Assembly: GCA_049972095.1 (NCBI GenBank)
Contig: JBMFKQ010000031.1
Location: forward strand, 1-17,168
DNA from: Elusimicrobiales bacterium
Lineage (GTDB): Bacteria; Elusimicrobiota; Elusimicrobia; Elusimicrobiales; UBA9959
Reading direction: 5' to 3'
DNA length: 17,168 bases
Positions 6,519 to 16,856 of this stretch are shown one piece after another. The notes beneath the pieces were generated by a model that worked only from the letters and a program-made list of their open reading frames with translations, searched no databases and had not been told where the DNA came from. Position numbers and translations under genes: made by a program. The number at the start of each line of letters is the position of its first letter. Within the stretch, counting starts at the first letter, position 1.

Positions 6519-7285
6519 AATATCTCCCCCTTCCTAACAAAACCTATTATTCTCTTAAACCTTTCAAACACAAGACTTGCCCCACCAACAAGAACTCCGT
6601 CAATATTTTTGCTAGACATAAGATCATCTATGTTTTCATCCGTAACAGAACCACCATAAATAATTCTTATCTTCTCAGCTATATCGGAATTGTAAAGCAG
6701 GGATATAAGGTTTCTTATAAATGTATGTGCTTCTGCTGCTTGCTCTGGTGTGGCATTGTTGCCTGTTCCAATTGCCCATACAGGCTCATAAGCTATAGTA
6801 ATCTTTTCAATCATATCAACATTAATAGCAGATAAAGCTTTTTTAACTTGCCATTCAATAACCTGCTGCGTTTTACCCTTTTCCCTTTCATCAAGTTTTT
6901 CGCCAATGCATAAGATAACATTCAAACCTAAAAGCACTGCTGATTTAACCTTCTTACTTATTATATCATCACTTTCACCAAAAATATTTCTTCGCTCAGA
7001 ATGACCTATTATCGTCCAGTCAACTCCACAGCTTCTAAGCTGTAATGGGGATATCTCACCAGTAAACGCTCCCTTCTCTTCAAAATAAATGTTTTGTGCT
7101 GCCACAAAAAGTTTTCTATTAGCAGTTATCCTTTTTATATCGTTTAGATAGATTGATGATGGCGCAATAAGAACATCTCTGTCAGAATACCTTTCAGCCT
7201 CATCTGCAACAAGATCTGCAAGTTTGCAGGCACTATCCAGTGTAAGGTTCATCTTCCAGTTAGCACATATAAAAGCTCTTCTCAT
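6515..7285 (-). CDS. tpiA: Triosephosphate isomerase
   Basis: ANWKMN, GAFTGEIS, IGHSERR, AYEPVWAIGTG, YGGSV, LVGGASL. Confidence 0.98.
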   Translation of the reverse strand: MRRAFICANWKMNLTLDSACKLADLVADEAERYSDRDVLIAPSSIYLNDIKRITANRKLFVAAQNIYFEEKGAFTGEISPLQLRSCGVDWTIIGHSERRNIFGESDDIISKKVKSAVLLGLNVILCIGEKLDEREKGKTQQVIEWQVKKALSAINVDMIEKITIAYEPVWAIGTGNNATPEQAAEAHTFIRNLISLLYNSDIAEKIRIIYGGSVTDENIDDLMSSKNIDGVLVGGASLVFERFKRIIGFVRKGEIL

Positions 7286-7293
7286 ATACTCTA

Positions 7294-8520
7294 CTATCTA
7301 TTTAAAATTCTTTTCTTTACTGTTTTTGAAAGCCTTTTTATACCCTCATCAATCTCATCAAATGTAGGATATGAAAAATTGAGTCTCATTGTATTCTTAC
7401 CACTACCATCAACATGGAAAGCAGAGCCTACAACATAAGCGACATTTTCATTTATAGCATCCTGAAACATATCATCAGCACTTATATGATCAGGCAACCT
7501 TACCCATAGAAAGAGCCCACCCTCAGGTTTTGTCCATGTAACACCTTCCGGCATATATCTTTCAAGCGCCTCAATCATTGCATCCTTTTTTGCCTTATAA
7601 ACCCTTTTTACCTTTTCAATATGATTATAAAACTCACCGCTTTCAAAAAAATCAGCTGCAATCAATTGATTGAGACTTGAGGTGCAAAGATCAAGAGACT
7701 GTTTGAGTATAACCATCTTTTTTATTATCTGTTCGTTTGCAAGAATAACACCAATTCTAAGTCCGGGAGCAAATGTTTTTGATATTGTGAAAATAGATAT
7801 TATATTATCAGTATTTCTTGTTTCCTTATCTATTCTGTATATCATCTTCGGAGCCTTTCCTTCAAATCTTATCTGCCGATATGGTGAATCCTCCACTACA
7901 ACAACGCTGTATTCTTCCGAAAGCTCAACTATTCTCTTTCTTTTCTTTTCAGATAATGTAACCCCGCTTGGATTTTGAAAATCAGGAACAAGATACACAA
8001 ATTTGTAATGTTCATCCTGATCTTTTAGCCAGTGAAGCTTTTCTTCAAGCTCCGTCGTAACTATCCCATCATCAACCATTCTCACACCAACAAAATCACA
8101 TCCATATGATTTAAAAACCTGAATACCACCCATATAGCTTGGCAGCTCAACAATAACAGGATCAGAGGCATCTATGAAAAGCCTTCCAACAAGATCAAGC
8201 CCCTGCTGTGATGCAGTGGTTACAAGCAGATTTTCGTGTTTAACCTTTAAACCTTCCTCCTTCTCAAGAAACTTTATAAAAGCATCTTTAAACTCATTAA
8301 GCCCCTCTGTAGGTCCATACTGAAGAGCTAACCTACCTTTTTTATCCATTATTCTTTTAACAGAATCAACAACAAAATCATAAGGGAAAACCTCAGGATC
8401 AGGAAGTCCACCAGCAAAGGATATCACACCATCCTTGTTTGTCAGTTTAAGGAGCTCTCTTATAACAGATGCCTTTGTTCTTCTTGGTGCGGTTGCAAGA
8501 TTTTTAACAAGATCTATCAT
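7294..8520 (-). CDS. PLP-dependent class I/II aminotransferase (LysN/aromatic amino-acid/2-aminoadipate type)
   Basis: SVIRELLK, ISFAGGLP, ALQYGPTEG, PDFQNPSG, EDSPY, SKTFAPGLRIG (PLP lysine), PEGGLFLW, MRLNFS. Start moved to ATG 8520 (MIDLVKN), which has an SD-like AAGGGGG; the track's TTG start at 8589 is the -35 hexamer. Confidence 0.92.
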   Translation of the reverse strand: MIDLVKNLATAPRRTKASVIRELLKLTNKDGVISFAGGLPDPEVFPYDFVVDSVKRIMDKKGRLALQYGPTEGLNEFKDAFIKFLEKEEGLKVKHENLLVTTASQQGLDLVGRLFIDASDPVIVELPSYMGGIQVFKSYGCDFVGVRMVDDGIVTTELEEKLHWLKDQDEHYKFVYLVPDFQNPSGVTLSEKKRKRIVELSEEYSVVVVEDSPYRQIRFEGKAPKMIYRIDKETRNTDNIISIFTISKTFAPGLRIGVILANEQIIKKMVILKQSLDLCTSSLNQLIAADFFESGEFYNHIEKVKRVYKAKKDAMIEALERYMPEGVTWTKPEGGLFLWVRLPDHISADDMFQDAINENVAYVVGSAFHVDGSGKNTMRLNFSYPTFDEIDEGIKRLSKTVKKRILNR

Positions 8521-8560
8521 ACATCCCCCTTCTTTAAGAAATTTTTCATCCTCTAAAAAT

Positions 8561-8589
8561 AATCTACTTAAATAAAAAAAATATGTCAA
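8561..8589 (-). promoter_or_regulatory. Sigma70-type promoter for aminotransferase-tpiA-deoC operon
   Basis: TTGACA (8589-8584) - 17 nt - TAGATT (8566-8561). Confidence 0.65.
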
Positions 8590-8610
8590 GAAATTTATAT
8601 AATTCTATTT

Positions 8611-9237
8611 ATGAAACAACAAGCCATCTTTTGCTTGTCTCTATTACTCTCATCGTGCATATCAACATCAAAGACAGAGATTATATCAAGGGCAGAGATT
8701 TTTGAAATCCAGAAAATTAAAAAAAAGCCATTTTCAAAAATACTTCTTCAGTGGAAGAATTATCCATACTCAGATTACCATAAAATAAACATTCTTGAAA
8801 AAGATTCATCACAACTTAAAGCAGTTGAGGTTGAACAAAATGATTATAGTAGACTGAAGGATATGATAACCGAAGCCTTTAAAGAGAACGGACTCTATGA
8901 TGAGATAACTGGAAGTGGAACTATAAAGATTCTCCTACTTAGTTATGGAAGATGGAAGTACTTAGAACTTTTAACAACCTACTTTACAGATACACCATAC
9001 ATATTCATCATCCCTTCATCATTAGGAGTAAGATATAGAATGATAGCAAAAACTGAACAGAACTCAGATGAGCGAAAATTTGAAAATGAAGGCTATGTTA
9101 AAACGACATTCTTTCTTGGGCTTTTTCCATTATATCCCCTTATGACATTTAAGGGGGCTGAAAAAACCACCCTTAAAAACCTCATAAACAAAACTATAAT
9201 TGATATAATATCAGATCAGAAAAAACAGATTCAGTGA
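8611..9237 (+). CDS. Hypothetical lipoprotein
   Basis: MKQQAIFCLSLLLSSC lipobox; 208-aa ORF; two internal hydrophobic patches (PYIFIIPSSL, FFLGLFPLYPL). Confidence 0.75.
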   Translation: MKQQAIFCLSLLLSSCISTSKTEIISRAEIFEIQKIKKKPFSKILLQWKNYPYSDYHKINILEKDSSQLKAVEVEQNDYSRLKDMITEAFKENGLYDEITGSGTIKILLLSYGRWKYLELLTTYFTDTPYIFIIPSSLGVRYRMIAKTEQNSDERKFENEGYVKTTFFLGLFPLYPLMTFKGAEKTTLKNLINKTIIDIISDQKKQIQ

Positions 9238-9537
9238 GATCTTATCTTTGAGCTGTTGATAGTTCTTTTAGACTCGTTAGTAAAATAACTCTTTGGATCT
9301 TGTGAAAGATATTTTCAGTCTCTTTAACAGAATTAGGATTTTCAAAATTAAAATCCTCAATAATCCTTCTCTACATTTTTTACCTTCTTCAGCTATTTTT
9401 TCTTTTCTTAATATCCTGACAGCCATCATCAGCTTTTCTGATAACATCTGAGCTTTCCACTTTCAAATCCTTAAAGGAAACAAAAATCCTTTTGGGAGTT
9501 CGAGATGTATTCCTCAAAGAAAGTGAAAGCCAAAACT

Positions 9538-12492
9538 TTAGTTGGGGAGCTTCACTTTTATAACACCTTCAGTCTGTGCAAATGTTGGAGGCTCATAGAT
9601 TGAAAGGATCTCTTTTACAGGATATATCTTAAAAGCACCTTTTTTAGATCTGTATTGAGTTGAGGCATAACGTATAGAATCATAGAAATCTTCTGAAAGC
9701 CTCGTTACCTCAAATGGTATATAATTCCTACCTTCATACTCTACAATCAAATCAGGTGATATGCCACTCTCTTCATCTTTTTCCTTAATCTCAAACATCA
9801 AAGTAATGTGATCTCCATAATCAATAATCGCTGTTGCTATGCCAACTGCTTCAAGCAGGGAAGCAAAAAGAACTGTTAGATCATCGCAATCCCCTGCTTT
9901 ACTCTCAAGAAGAGCCCTTGGATATTGAACAGTATCAATAACCCCTTGTGTTGAACGCAATATGCTAAATGGTGTTATAGGGTCCTCAACATACCTTATA
10001 CCAAGCGATGATATATAGTTGTATATTAAAGAGAATGTTTTAATGTTTTCATCAACACCTACCTTCATAGCACCTTTTTTAGTCAACAGTATCTTTGCTA
10101 TATCTGATATGACAGGGTCATTAACAGTTATAAAATTTGCAATCCTTCTTGGGTCATCCCATACCATAGAATTTTTAGAAAGAATTTTAATAGGAATACT
10201 TAAATCTTGTTTCTTTTTCTCTGAATCAACATAATACTCAAGGCTCAACCTTGCTTGAACAGGGGTATTTTCACTAACTGCTACTATTTTGCTATTAAGT
10301 GTTGCATTTATAGGGATTTCTATGTGAGAGCCTGCAGGAAGCGTAGTTATTGTGGTGTCATATGGAAAATCCATATACTCTTTTATGAAAAATGAGAGCT
10401 TCACATTCTCAAAATCAGATGATGTGTTATTTTTTATCATTACCCTGCCAATTGGATTTGATGTATAGTATTTGTAGTTTGCTGAGAATATATAGTCAAG
10501 ATTGATAGGAATTATCTCAAGCAGGAGCTTGTTTATCTGCTTTGTTTCTTCTGATATCTTTTGAGCAGTGAAAGGAATATAAACAGAAATTATATCAGAA
10601 CAACTTGTATTACTGGATATAGAAACTAAGCAAAGTCTATAATAGTATGTGCTTGAGTGTGATATTTCACAGTCATTATCCTTTAAATCCATCGGATAAA
10701 ACCTTAAACCATCCGTTGATCTCTCAATACCGTAATCTTTAAGATACTCCTTATCATCAAAAAAATAACTGAACTTTACGCATGATGTTGAATCATAGCT
10801 TGCATAAAAATTAGCCTTTACAAGATGCTCAATCTTAAAAGAAACAACCCTTTCAAGAGAATCAGATATATAAAGATAACCATCAGCATACCTTATCTGG
10901 TGGGGTATGTAAACCTCTCTTGAGCCCTTGCCACTTCCTATAAACGAACCCACATACTTGCCATATTTATCATAAACCTTAACAGAACCGCTTTTATCAA
11001 GAACAAAGATATATTTTATATTGTCATAACAAAATGAGAGTGCAGAATTTAACTCACTAAGCTCATATTTTTTTTCAAGTTTGCCATCTGATGAAAAAAC
11101 ATAGATTTTTTTAAAAGAAAGAAGATATATCTTGTTATCCTCATCATTAAAAATATCTAAAAATGTATCATCTTTGTAAGAAGATAAATCCACAGAATAA
11201 AGGAAGATACCATCAGGATTAAAAACATCTATTTTTGAAAGCTTTCTGTCAACTATATAGATTTTACCGGATCTATCTATTGAGAGTTTTACAGGCATTG
11301 AGAATCTCCCTTCCTTTTTTGAGCTCATAAACCCAACCTTATCACCAAACGAAAGGAGAAATCTTTTCTCATTATCAAAGACCTTAACCTTAAGATCAGC
11401 GCCATCAATAACATAGATATTTTTATTATAAGCTATATCATTTGCTAAACAAACACCACCCTCACCTCCACAAGGTATAATCTTCTTTGTAGAGCCATTA
11501 ATAAAGGTATATATCCCCTCATCCCCTTTTTTATCAGAATAGAATATTATCTTATTATCATAGAGATTGAAAATTTTACCTTTAATTGACACAACACTTC
11601 CTGCACTGATCATTATTTTCTCATCAAACGAATAAGGTTTATATTTTTTTATATTCTTATTTTCAATCCTGAGACTTAAAATCTTCCTATTTTCAGAATC
11701 AAGTATAAAAATCTTGTCAAAATATAATTTTATGTCAGTAAATCTCTGAAACTCATACCTGTTTTTCCCTTTTGTTCCAAAAACTCCAGTCTGAGAAAAG
11801 CCAAGATCATACTCTGTTATCTTCCCATCCGAAGAGCCCAAATATAAAAAACCAAAGCTTGATATATCAAAGCAAAGCCCCTTCTTAGAGTAAATAAACT
11901 CTGATTGATACCTACCATAAATATCATATTTCACAAGAATTCTTTTTTTACTATCCATCAGATATATATATCCATCAGGACTAAATGATATCTTAGAAGG
12001 AGAATACTTATAAGAACCATCCTTTGAGACTGTTTGAAATGAATAGAGAAAAATACCATCCAAGTTATACACATTAATATACCCAGATAGATCAGAAACA
12101 AAAACCTTTCCTGCATAAACCTTTATGTCAGATGGCTTTAAAAGCTGCCCATTTTTTTCCCCACAGCTTGAAAAGCTGAAGAGAAAATCCATCCTCTTTG
12201 AGTAAACATCAACGCTGCAGCTATTTTCATCAACAAGATAGATATTTTTATCAACAGCAAATAAAACATAAGATTTAGTAGCAAGATTATAAGAGGAGAT
12301 GTATGAAAGCGTGGATGTGTAAAGAGAAATCTTTGAATCATACAGCACATAAACTCCATCATCAGTAGGATATATTGCCTTAGCCTCTTTAAACAAAGGA
12401 TTCTCCAGATATGAGTTCACCTCTATCTTATCATACGAAAATATAGGAGGAATCAAAATGAATAGAGATATCAAATAATAAAACAAAAACAT
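9538..12492 (-). CDS. Exported NHL-repeat beta-propeller protein with C-terminal transglutaminase-like (Cys-His-acid) domain
   Basis: Signal peptide and GGAGG SD. NHL-like repeats (GQLLKPSDIKV...VFVSD; FGTKGKNRYEFQRFTDI; GRFSMPVKLSIDRSGKIYIVD). FN3/Ig-like middle (TYYYRLCLVS). C-terminal QYPRALLESKAGDCDDLTVLFASLLEAVGI...DHITL...IPFEVT. Confidence 0.8.
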   Translation of the reverse strand: MFLFYYLISLFILIPPIFSYDKIEVNSYLENPLFKEAKAIYPTDDGVYVLYDSKISLYTSTLSYISSYNLATKSYVLFAVDKNIYLVDENSCSVDVYSKRMDFLFSFSSCGEKNGQLLKPSDIKVYAGKVFVSDLSGYINVYNLDGIFLYSFQTVSKDGSYKYSPSKISFSPDGYIYLMDSKKRILVKYDIYGRYQSEFIYSKKGLCFDISSFGFLYLGSSDGKITEYDLGFSQTGVFGTKGKNRYEFQRFTDIKLYFDKIFILDSENRKILSLRIENKNIKKYKPYSFDEKIMISAGSVVSIKGKIFNLYDNKIIFYSDKKGDEGIYTFINGSTKKIIPCGGEGGVCLANDIAYNKNIYVIDGADLKVKVFDNEKRFLLSFGDKVGFMSSKKEGRFSMPVKLSIDRSGKIYIVDRKLSKIDVFNPDGIFLYSVDLSSYKDDTFLDIFNDEDNKIYLLSFKKIYVFSSDGKLEKKYELSELNSALSFCYDNIKYIFVLDKSGSVKVYDKYGKYVGSFIGSGKGSREVYIPHQIRYADGYLYISDSLERVVSFKIEHLVKANFYASYDSTSCVKFSYFFDDKEYLKDYGIERSTDGLRFYPMDLKDNDCEISHSSTYYYRLCLVSISSNTSCSDIISVYIPFTAQKISEETKQINKLLLEIIPINLDYIFSANYKYYTSNPIGRVMIKNNTSSDFENVKLSFFIKEYMDFPYDTTITTLPAGSHIEIPINATLNSKIVAVSENTPVQARLSLEYYVDSEKKKQDLSIPIKILSKNSMVWDDPRRIANFITVNDPVISDIAKILLTKKGAMKVGVDENIKTFSLIYNYISSLGIRYVEDPITPFSILRSTQGVIDTVQYPRALLESKAGDCDDLTVLFASLLEAVGIATAIIDYGDHITLMFEIKEKDEESGISPDLIVEYEGRNYIPFEVTRLSEDFYDSIRYASTQYRSKKGAFKIYPVKEILSIYEPPTFAQTEGVIKVKLPN

Positions 12493-12512
12493 CTTACCTC
12501 CAAAATAATATT

Positions 12513-13328
12513 CTACTTTTTTAATGTGTTTTTGAAAGCAATTCTATGCAATCTTATACTCTTACTATGATTTTTTGCATATCTTATTTTTTTCCTATAC
12601 TGATACTTCTCCCAATATCTAACCTTACCTATATCAACATGAACAAAACCATATCTTGGATAATAACCAACCCCACCAAGTTTTAAAGACCTTGCAAAAT
12701 CCTTTACCCTTCTTGAAGAAACTCCATCTATTCTAATATCCATTGCCCAACCTATTAGATGCATACTTTTCTTAGCAGCACCTGGAGTTATATCATTAAG
12801 CGGCTTTGTTCTATAACCACTTAAAAGTATTACAGCCCTTTTACCAAATCTATCACTTATTCTATCAATAAGCTCTATAAGCTTTATTGGTATTTTTTTT
12901 ACCTCACCTGTAAGAGAACACCTTGCAATTCTATTTATCCTTTCAAGTGCATCTTCATTGTAACTTCCATCCCCATTTCTGTATCTTACAGTTATTACCT
13001 CACCATTATCCTTTCTTATTATAGTCAAAAGCCCATCACCGCCAAGATTAACAGGTTTGGGCTCCTTTAATAAATAGAGTTCTTTAAGCTGTGCCTCCTC
13101 ATCTTCCTCTTCAAGCTCAGCTATATCTGATTCCTTAATAGACGAGGTTGATACTATAAGATTTTCAAAAGAAAACTCAAAACTTTCAAAGCTGTTGGGG
13201 ATATCTACATCTGGATTTAGTTCCTTTAGCTTAACTGCATCTGTTGGTATTTTAACGCTTAAAAGAAAAAAATTTTGTGAGCTTGAATAAGAAAGGAAAA
13301 AGAAAAGAAAAAGCTTCAAAAAAAACAT
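12513..13328 (-). CDS. YcbK/DUF882 (peptidase M15, MepK-like) zinc metallopeptidase
   Basis: LLSGYRT..N, GAAKKSMHLIGWAMDIRI (H-x6-D), GGVGYYP..GFVHVDIG.VRYW. Likely start is ATG 13328 (MFFLKLFLFFFLSYSSSQ signal peptide) rather than TTG 13373. Confidence 0.88.
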   Translation of the reverse strand: MFFLKLFLFFFLSYSSSQNFFLLSVKIPTDAVKLKELNPDVDIPNSFESFEFSFENLIVSTSSIKESDIAELEEEDEEAQLKELYLLKEPKPVNLGGDGLLTIIRKDNGEVITVRYRNGDGSYNEDALERINRIARCSLTGEVKKIPIKLIELIDRISDRFGKRAVILLSGYRTKPLNDITPGAAKKSMHLIGWAMDIRIDGVSSRRVKDFARSLKLGGVGYYPRYGFVHVDIGKVRYWEKYQYRKKIRYAKNHSKSIRLHRIAFKNTLKK

Positions 13329-13355
13329 ACCTTTAAAGATTTTACAATATTTTAA

Positions 13356-13384
13356 TTGATTTTTTGTCAACAAAATTATATATT
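13356..13384 (+). promoter_or_regulatory. Candidate sigma70 promoter for sdhCAB
   Basis: TTGATT (13356-13361) - 17 nt - TATATT (13379-13384), about 37 nt before the ATG. The context is AT-rich, so this could be chance. Confidence 0.4.
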
Positions 13385-13421
13385 TTAATTAGAAAAGAGT
13401 CTTACAAAAGGAGAGCAAAAG

Positions 13422-14114
13422 ATGAAATTTATTTTTATCATAAGAATGGTGAGATCCTCTATAGGCAGAAAACAGCTGATGGCAGTAACAGGGCTTCTGC
13501 TTTCAGCATTTATGCTTATACACCTTGCTGAAAATCTTCTTCTTTTCAAAGGGGAGGAGTGGTATAATGGATGGGTCAATATATTACTTTCAAACCCACT
13601 TACCATATATCTTGAAATCGCTCTTCTTGTAGTTTTTCTAATACATATAACAATGGGAATATGGCTCAGATATGAAGACTGGATAAACTCAATAGCAAGA
13701 AGATACGAGATAATAAAATGGCAGGGTGGGAGAACCATTGGCTCTGCAACAATGCTTTATACTGCAATAATACTTCTTGTATATCTTATCTTTCATATGT
13801 TTCATTTTAAATTTACTGATCATTCAATGGGGTTTTACCAGATGGTTACATCAGCATTTAGAAGTAAAAAGTTTGTCGCTATATACATAATAGGCTCTTT
13901 TGCACTTGGTTTACATCTTAGCCATGGTTTTCAAAGTGCTTTTCAAACTCTTGGACTCAATCATGAAAAATATAATCTTTTTATTAAAATAGCAGGATAT
14001 CTTGTTGCAATTATGATGATTGGTTTTGCAATGATATCATTCTACTTCCTTTTTGGATTTGATATAAAGCCGATACCTGAGTATAACACCATTATTGAGA
14101 TGGGTTCTGAATAA
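13422..14114 (+). CDS. sdhC: Succinate dehydrogenase/fumarate reductase cytochrome b subunit (single 5-TM b558-family anchor)
   Basis: [24 protein letters not shown]; His residues in TM helices ([23 protein letters not shown]); AAGGAG SD; directly upstream of sdhA. Confidence 0.93.
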   Translation: MKFIFIIRMVRSSIGRKQLMAVTGLLLSAFMLIHLAENLLLFKGEEWYNGWVNILLSNPLTIYLEIALLVVFLIHITMGIWLRYEDWINSIARRYEIIKWQGGRTIGSATMLYTAIILLVYLIFHMFHFKFTDHSMGFYQMVTSAFRSKKFVAIYIIGSFALGLHLSHGFQSAFQTLGLNHEKYNLFIKIAGYLVAIMMIGFAMISFYFLFGFDIKPIPEYNTIIEMGSE

Positions 14115-14125
14115 ATGGAGGTTTT

Positions 14126-16036
14126 ATGAAGTTGGATCCAAAAATACCATCAGGTCATATAGAGCAAAAATGGGATAACTATAGATTCAATGCAATGCTT
14201 GTTAACCCAGCAAATAGAAGAAAGTTCAACATAATAATCGTAGGAACAGGTCTTGCCGGAGCAAGTGCGGCAGCAAGCCTTGGGGAGGCGGGCTATAACA
14301 TTATGGTATTTACAATACATGACACCCCAAGAAGAGCACACTCCATTGCAGCTCAGGGTGGAATAAATGCTGCTAAAAATTATAGATACGATTGTGACTC
14401 TGTGTGGCGACTTTTCTATGATACAATAAAAGGTGGTGATTATAGATCAAGGGAAGCAAATGTCTTGCGACTTGCCCAGATATCATCACTTATAATCGAT
14501 CACTGTGTTGCAACTGGCGTTCCTTTTGCAAGAGAATATGGAGGACTATTAGATACAAGATCCTTTGGTGGGGCACAGCTTCAAAGGACATTTTATGCAA
14601 GAGGACAAACCGGACAGCAACTTCTTTTAGCAGCATATTCTCAGATGATGAGACAGGTTGCAGAAGGAAATGTTAAGATTTTTCCAAGAAGAGAGATGGT
14701 TGATCTTATCGTAAAAAATGGAAAAGCAAGAGGAATAGTAGTCAGAAATCTCATAACAGGAGAAATTGAATCATACACTGCCCACGCTGTTATCCTTGCT
14801 ACAGGGGGATATTCAAATGTTTTTTACCTATCAACAAATGCAGCAACCTGCAATGTGACTGCTGTATGGAAATGCTACAAAAAGGGGGCTGGTTTTGCAA
14901 ATCCATGTTTTACACAGATTCATCCAACCTGCATTCCCCGAAGTGGAGAGCATCAATCAAAGCTTACTCTTATGAGTGAAAGTTTAAGAAATGATGGAAG
15001 GGTATGGGTTCCAAAAAAGAAAAATGACACAAGACATCCAAACGATATACCTGAAGATGAAAGAGACTATTATTTAGAAAGGATGTATCCATCATTTGGA
15101 AATCTTGTGCCAAGAGATATTGCATCAAGAGCAGCAAAGAGAATGGTAGATGATGGAAGAGGGGTTGGCCCAACTGGTGAGGCGGTTTATCTGGATTTTA
15201 GAGATGCAATTAAAAGACAAGGAGTTGAAAAGATAAAGGAAAAGTATGGTAATCTTTTTGATATGTATTACAGAATAACAGACGAAAATGCCTATGAAGT
15301 TCCAATGAGAATATACCCCGCACCACACTATACAATGGGAGGACTGTGGGTTGACTACCAGCTTATGAGCACAATCACAGGGCTTTTTGTCTTAGGTGAG
15401 GCAAACTTCTCTGATCATGGAGCAAACAGGCTTGGTGCAAGTGCTTTGATGCAGGGATTAGCAGATGGATATTTCATAATCCCAGCAACACTTCCAAACT
15501 ATCTTGCCTCAACAAGTTTTGAAGAACTATCAACAGAAGATGAAGAATTCAAACAAGCAAAGCAAGATATAAAAACAAGGATAAGAAAGATTCTATCAAT
15601 AAATGGTTCTAAAACCCCAACAGAGTTTCACAGAGAGCTTGGAAGAATAATGTGGGAGTATTGTGGTATGACAAGAAACGAGGAAGGTCTTAAAAAAGCA
15701 CTTAGGGAAATTCCAAAACTCAGAGATGAGTTTTGGCAGAATCTTAAAGTTAGTGGTGATGAAGGATTCAATCAGGTTCTTGAAAAAGCAATGAGGGTTG
15801 CAGACTTCTTAGAGTTTGCTGAGCTTTTGGTAAGAGATGCATTGCACAGAAAAGAATCATGTGGTGGACATTTTAGAGAAGAGATGCAAACCCCGGATGG
15901 AGAAGCAAAAAGGGATGATGAAAACTTTTCATATGTTGCAGTCTGGGAGTATAAAGGTGAAAATAAAGAGCCTGAACTTCATAAAGAGAAGCTTGAGTTT
16001 GAGTATATTAAGCCAAGCACAAGAAGCTATAAATAA
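14126..16036 (+). CDS. sdhA: Succinate dehydrogenase/fumarate reductase flavoprotein
   Basis: GTGLAG Rossmann motif, [13 protein letters not shown] (covalent FAD His), [48 protein letters not shown]. Confidence 0.97.
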   Translation: MKLDPKIPSGHIEQKWDNYRFNAMLVNPANRRKFNIIIVGTGLAGASAAASLGEAGYNIMVFTIHDTPRRAHSIAAQGGINAAKNYRYDCDSVWRLFYDTIKGGDYRSREANVLRLAQISSLIIDHCVATGVPFAREYGGLLDTRSFGGAQLQRTFYARGQTGQQLLLAAYSQMMRQVAEGNVKIFPRREMVDLIVKNGKARGIVVRNLITGEIESYTAHAVILATGGYSNVFYLSTNAATCNVTAVWKCYKKGAGFANPCFTQIHPTCIPRSGEHQSKLTLMSESLRNDGRVWVPKKKNDTRHPNDIPEDERDYYLERMYPSFGNLVPRDIASRAAKRMVDDGRGVGPTGEAVYLDFRDAIKRQGVEKIKEKYGNLFDMYYRITDENAYEVPMRIYPAPHYTMGGLWVDYQLMSTITGLFVLGEANFSDHGANRLGASALMQGLADGYFIIPATLPNYLASTSFEELSTEDEEFKQAKQDIKTRIRKILSINGSKTPTEFHRELGRIMWEYCGMTRNEEGLKKALREIPKLRDEFWQNLKVSGDEGFNQVLEKAMRVADFLEFAELLVRDALHRKESCGGHFREEMQTPDGEAKRDDENFSYVAVWEYKGENKEPELHKEKLEFEYIKPSTRSYK

Positions 16037-16046
16037 TGGAGGGAAT

Positions 16047-16856
16047 ATGGAAAATAAAAAATTTAGCATAACACTTAGAGTCTGGAAACAAAAAAGCCCA
16101 CAGGATAAAGGGCATTTTGAAACATACAGAGTTGATGGGATTATACCAGAGATGTCATTCTTAGAGATGCTTGATGTTTTGAATGAAAAACTTATAAAAG
16201 AAGGAAAAGAGCCAATATATTTCGAAAGTGATTGCAGAGAAGGAATATGCGGATGCTGTGGCTTTGTAATAAATGGCTATCCACATGGCCCTGATGAACA
16301 TTCAACAGTATGCCAGCTTCATATGAGAAGGTTTAAAGATGGAGATATAATAACAATAGAGCCATTTAGGGCAAAGGCATTTGGGATAATAAGAGACCTT
16401 GTTATAGACAGAAGTGCTCTTGATAAGATAATTGCAGCAAGTGGATATATATCCATAAATCTCGGGAGCGCACCAGAAGCAAATACAATACCAATTCCAA
16501 AAAATATAGCTGAAAAAGCTATGGATTATGCAACATGTATAGGTTGCGGAGCCTGCGTCGCAGCATGTCCAAATAGTGCTGCTATGCTTTTCACAGGAGC
16601 AAAAATATCTCATCTTGCTCTTCTTCCTCAAGGGCATCCTGAAAGAACAAAAAGGGTGTTAAATATGGTAAAGGTTATGGATATGCTTGGCTTTGGTAAC
16701 TGCACAAATGAATATGAATGTGAAGCAGTATGCCCGAAAGAAATAAAGATAAGTGCAATAGCGAAGATGAATAGAGAATTTCTAAGAGCAAATTTTGTCT
16801 CAGAGGAAGAGCCTGAACTTCCTCCTATTTTTCATAAAAAGATGAATGAGAAGTGA
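16047..16856 (+). CDS. sdhB: Succinate dehydrogenase/fumarate reductase iron-sulfur subunit
   Basis: CREGICGCC...[13 protein letters not shown] and [12 protein letters not shown]e-S motifs. Start moved to ATG 16047 (MENKKF) after a GGAGGG SD. Confidence 0.96.
   Translation: MENKKFSITLRVWKQKSPQDKGHFETYRVDGIIPEMSFLEMLDVLNEKLIKEGKEPIYFESDCREGICGCCGFVINGYPHGPDEHSTVCQLHMRRFKDGDIITIEPFRAKAFGIIRDLVIDRSALDKIIAASGYISINLGSAPEANTIPIPKNIAEKAMDYATCIGCGACVAACPNSAAMLFTGAKISHLALLPQGHPERTKRVLNMVKVMDMLGFGNCTNEYECEAVCPKEIKISAIAKMNREFLRANFVSEEEPELPPIFHKKMNEK

Noticed and set aside
8521..8589. Track's N-terminal extension of the aminotransferase
   Set aside because: The TTG is part of the TTGACA -35 box; the SD and family homology begin at ATG 8520.
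9278..9447. ~56-codon minus-strand ORF (MLSEKLMMAV...) and other short open stretches in the intergenic gap
   Set aside because: No recognisable motif or clear RBS; the fragments lie in different frames. Pseudogene status cannot be supported without a homology search.
13329..13373. Track's TTG start for the YcbK-like gene, and the minus-strand TTGACA at 13370-13365 as its -35
   Set aside because: The signal peptide begins at ATG 13328; the nearest good -10 boxes are 10 or 20 nt from this TTGACA, outside normal spacing.
15837..16046. 70-aa N-terminal extension of SdhB overlapping sdhA
   Set aside because: An incidental open frame; ATG 16047 has a GGAGGG SD and matches the expected SdhB start.
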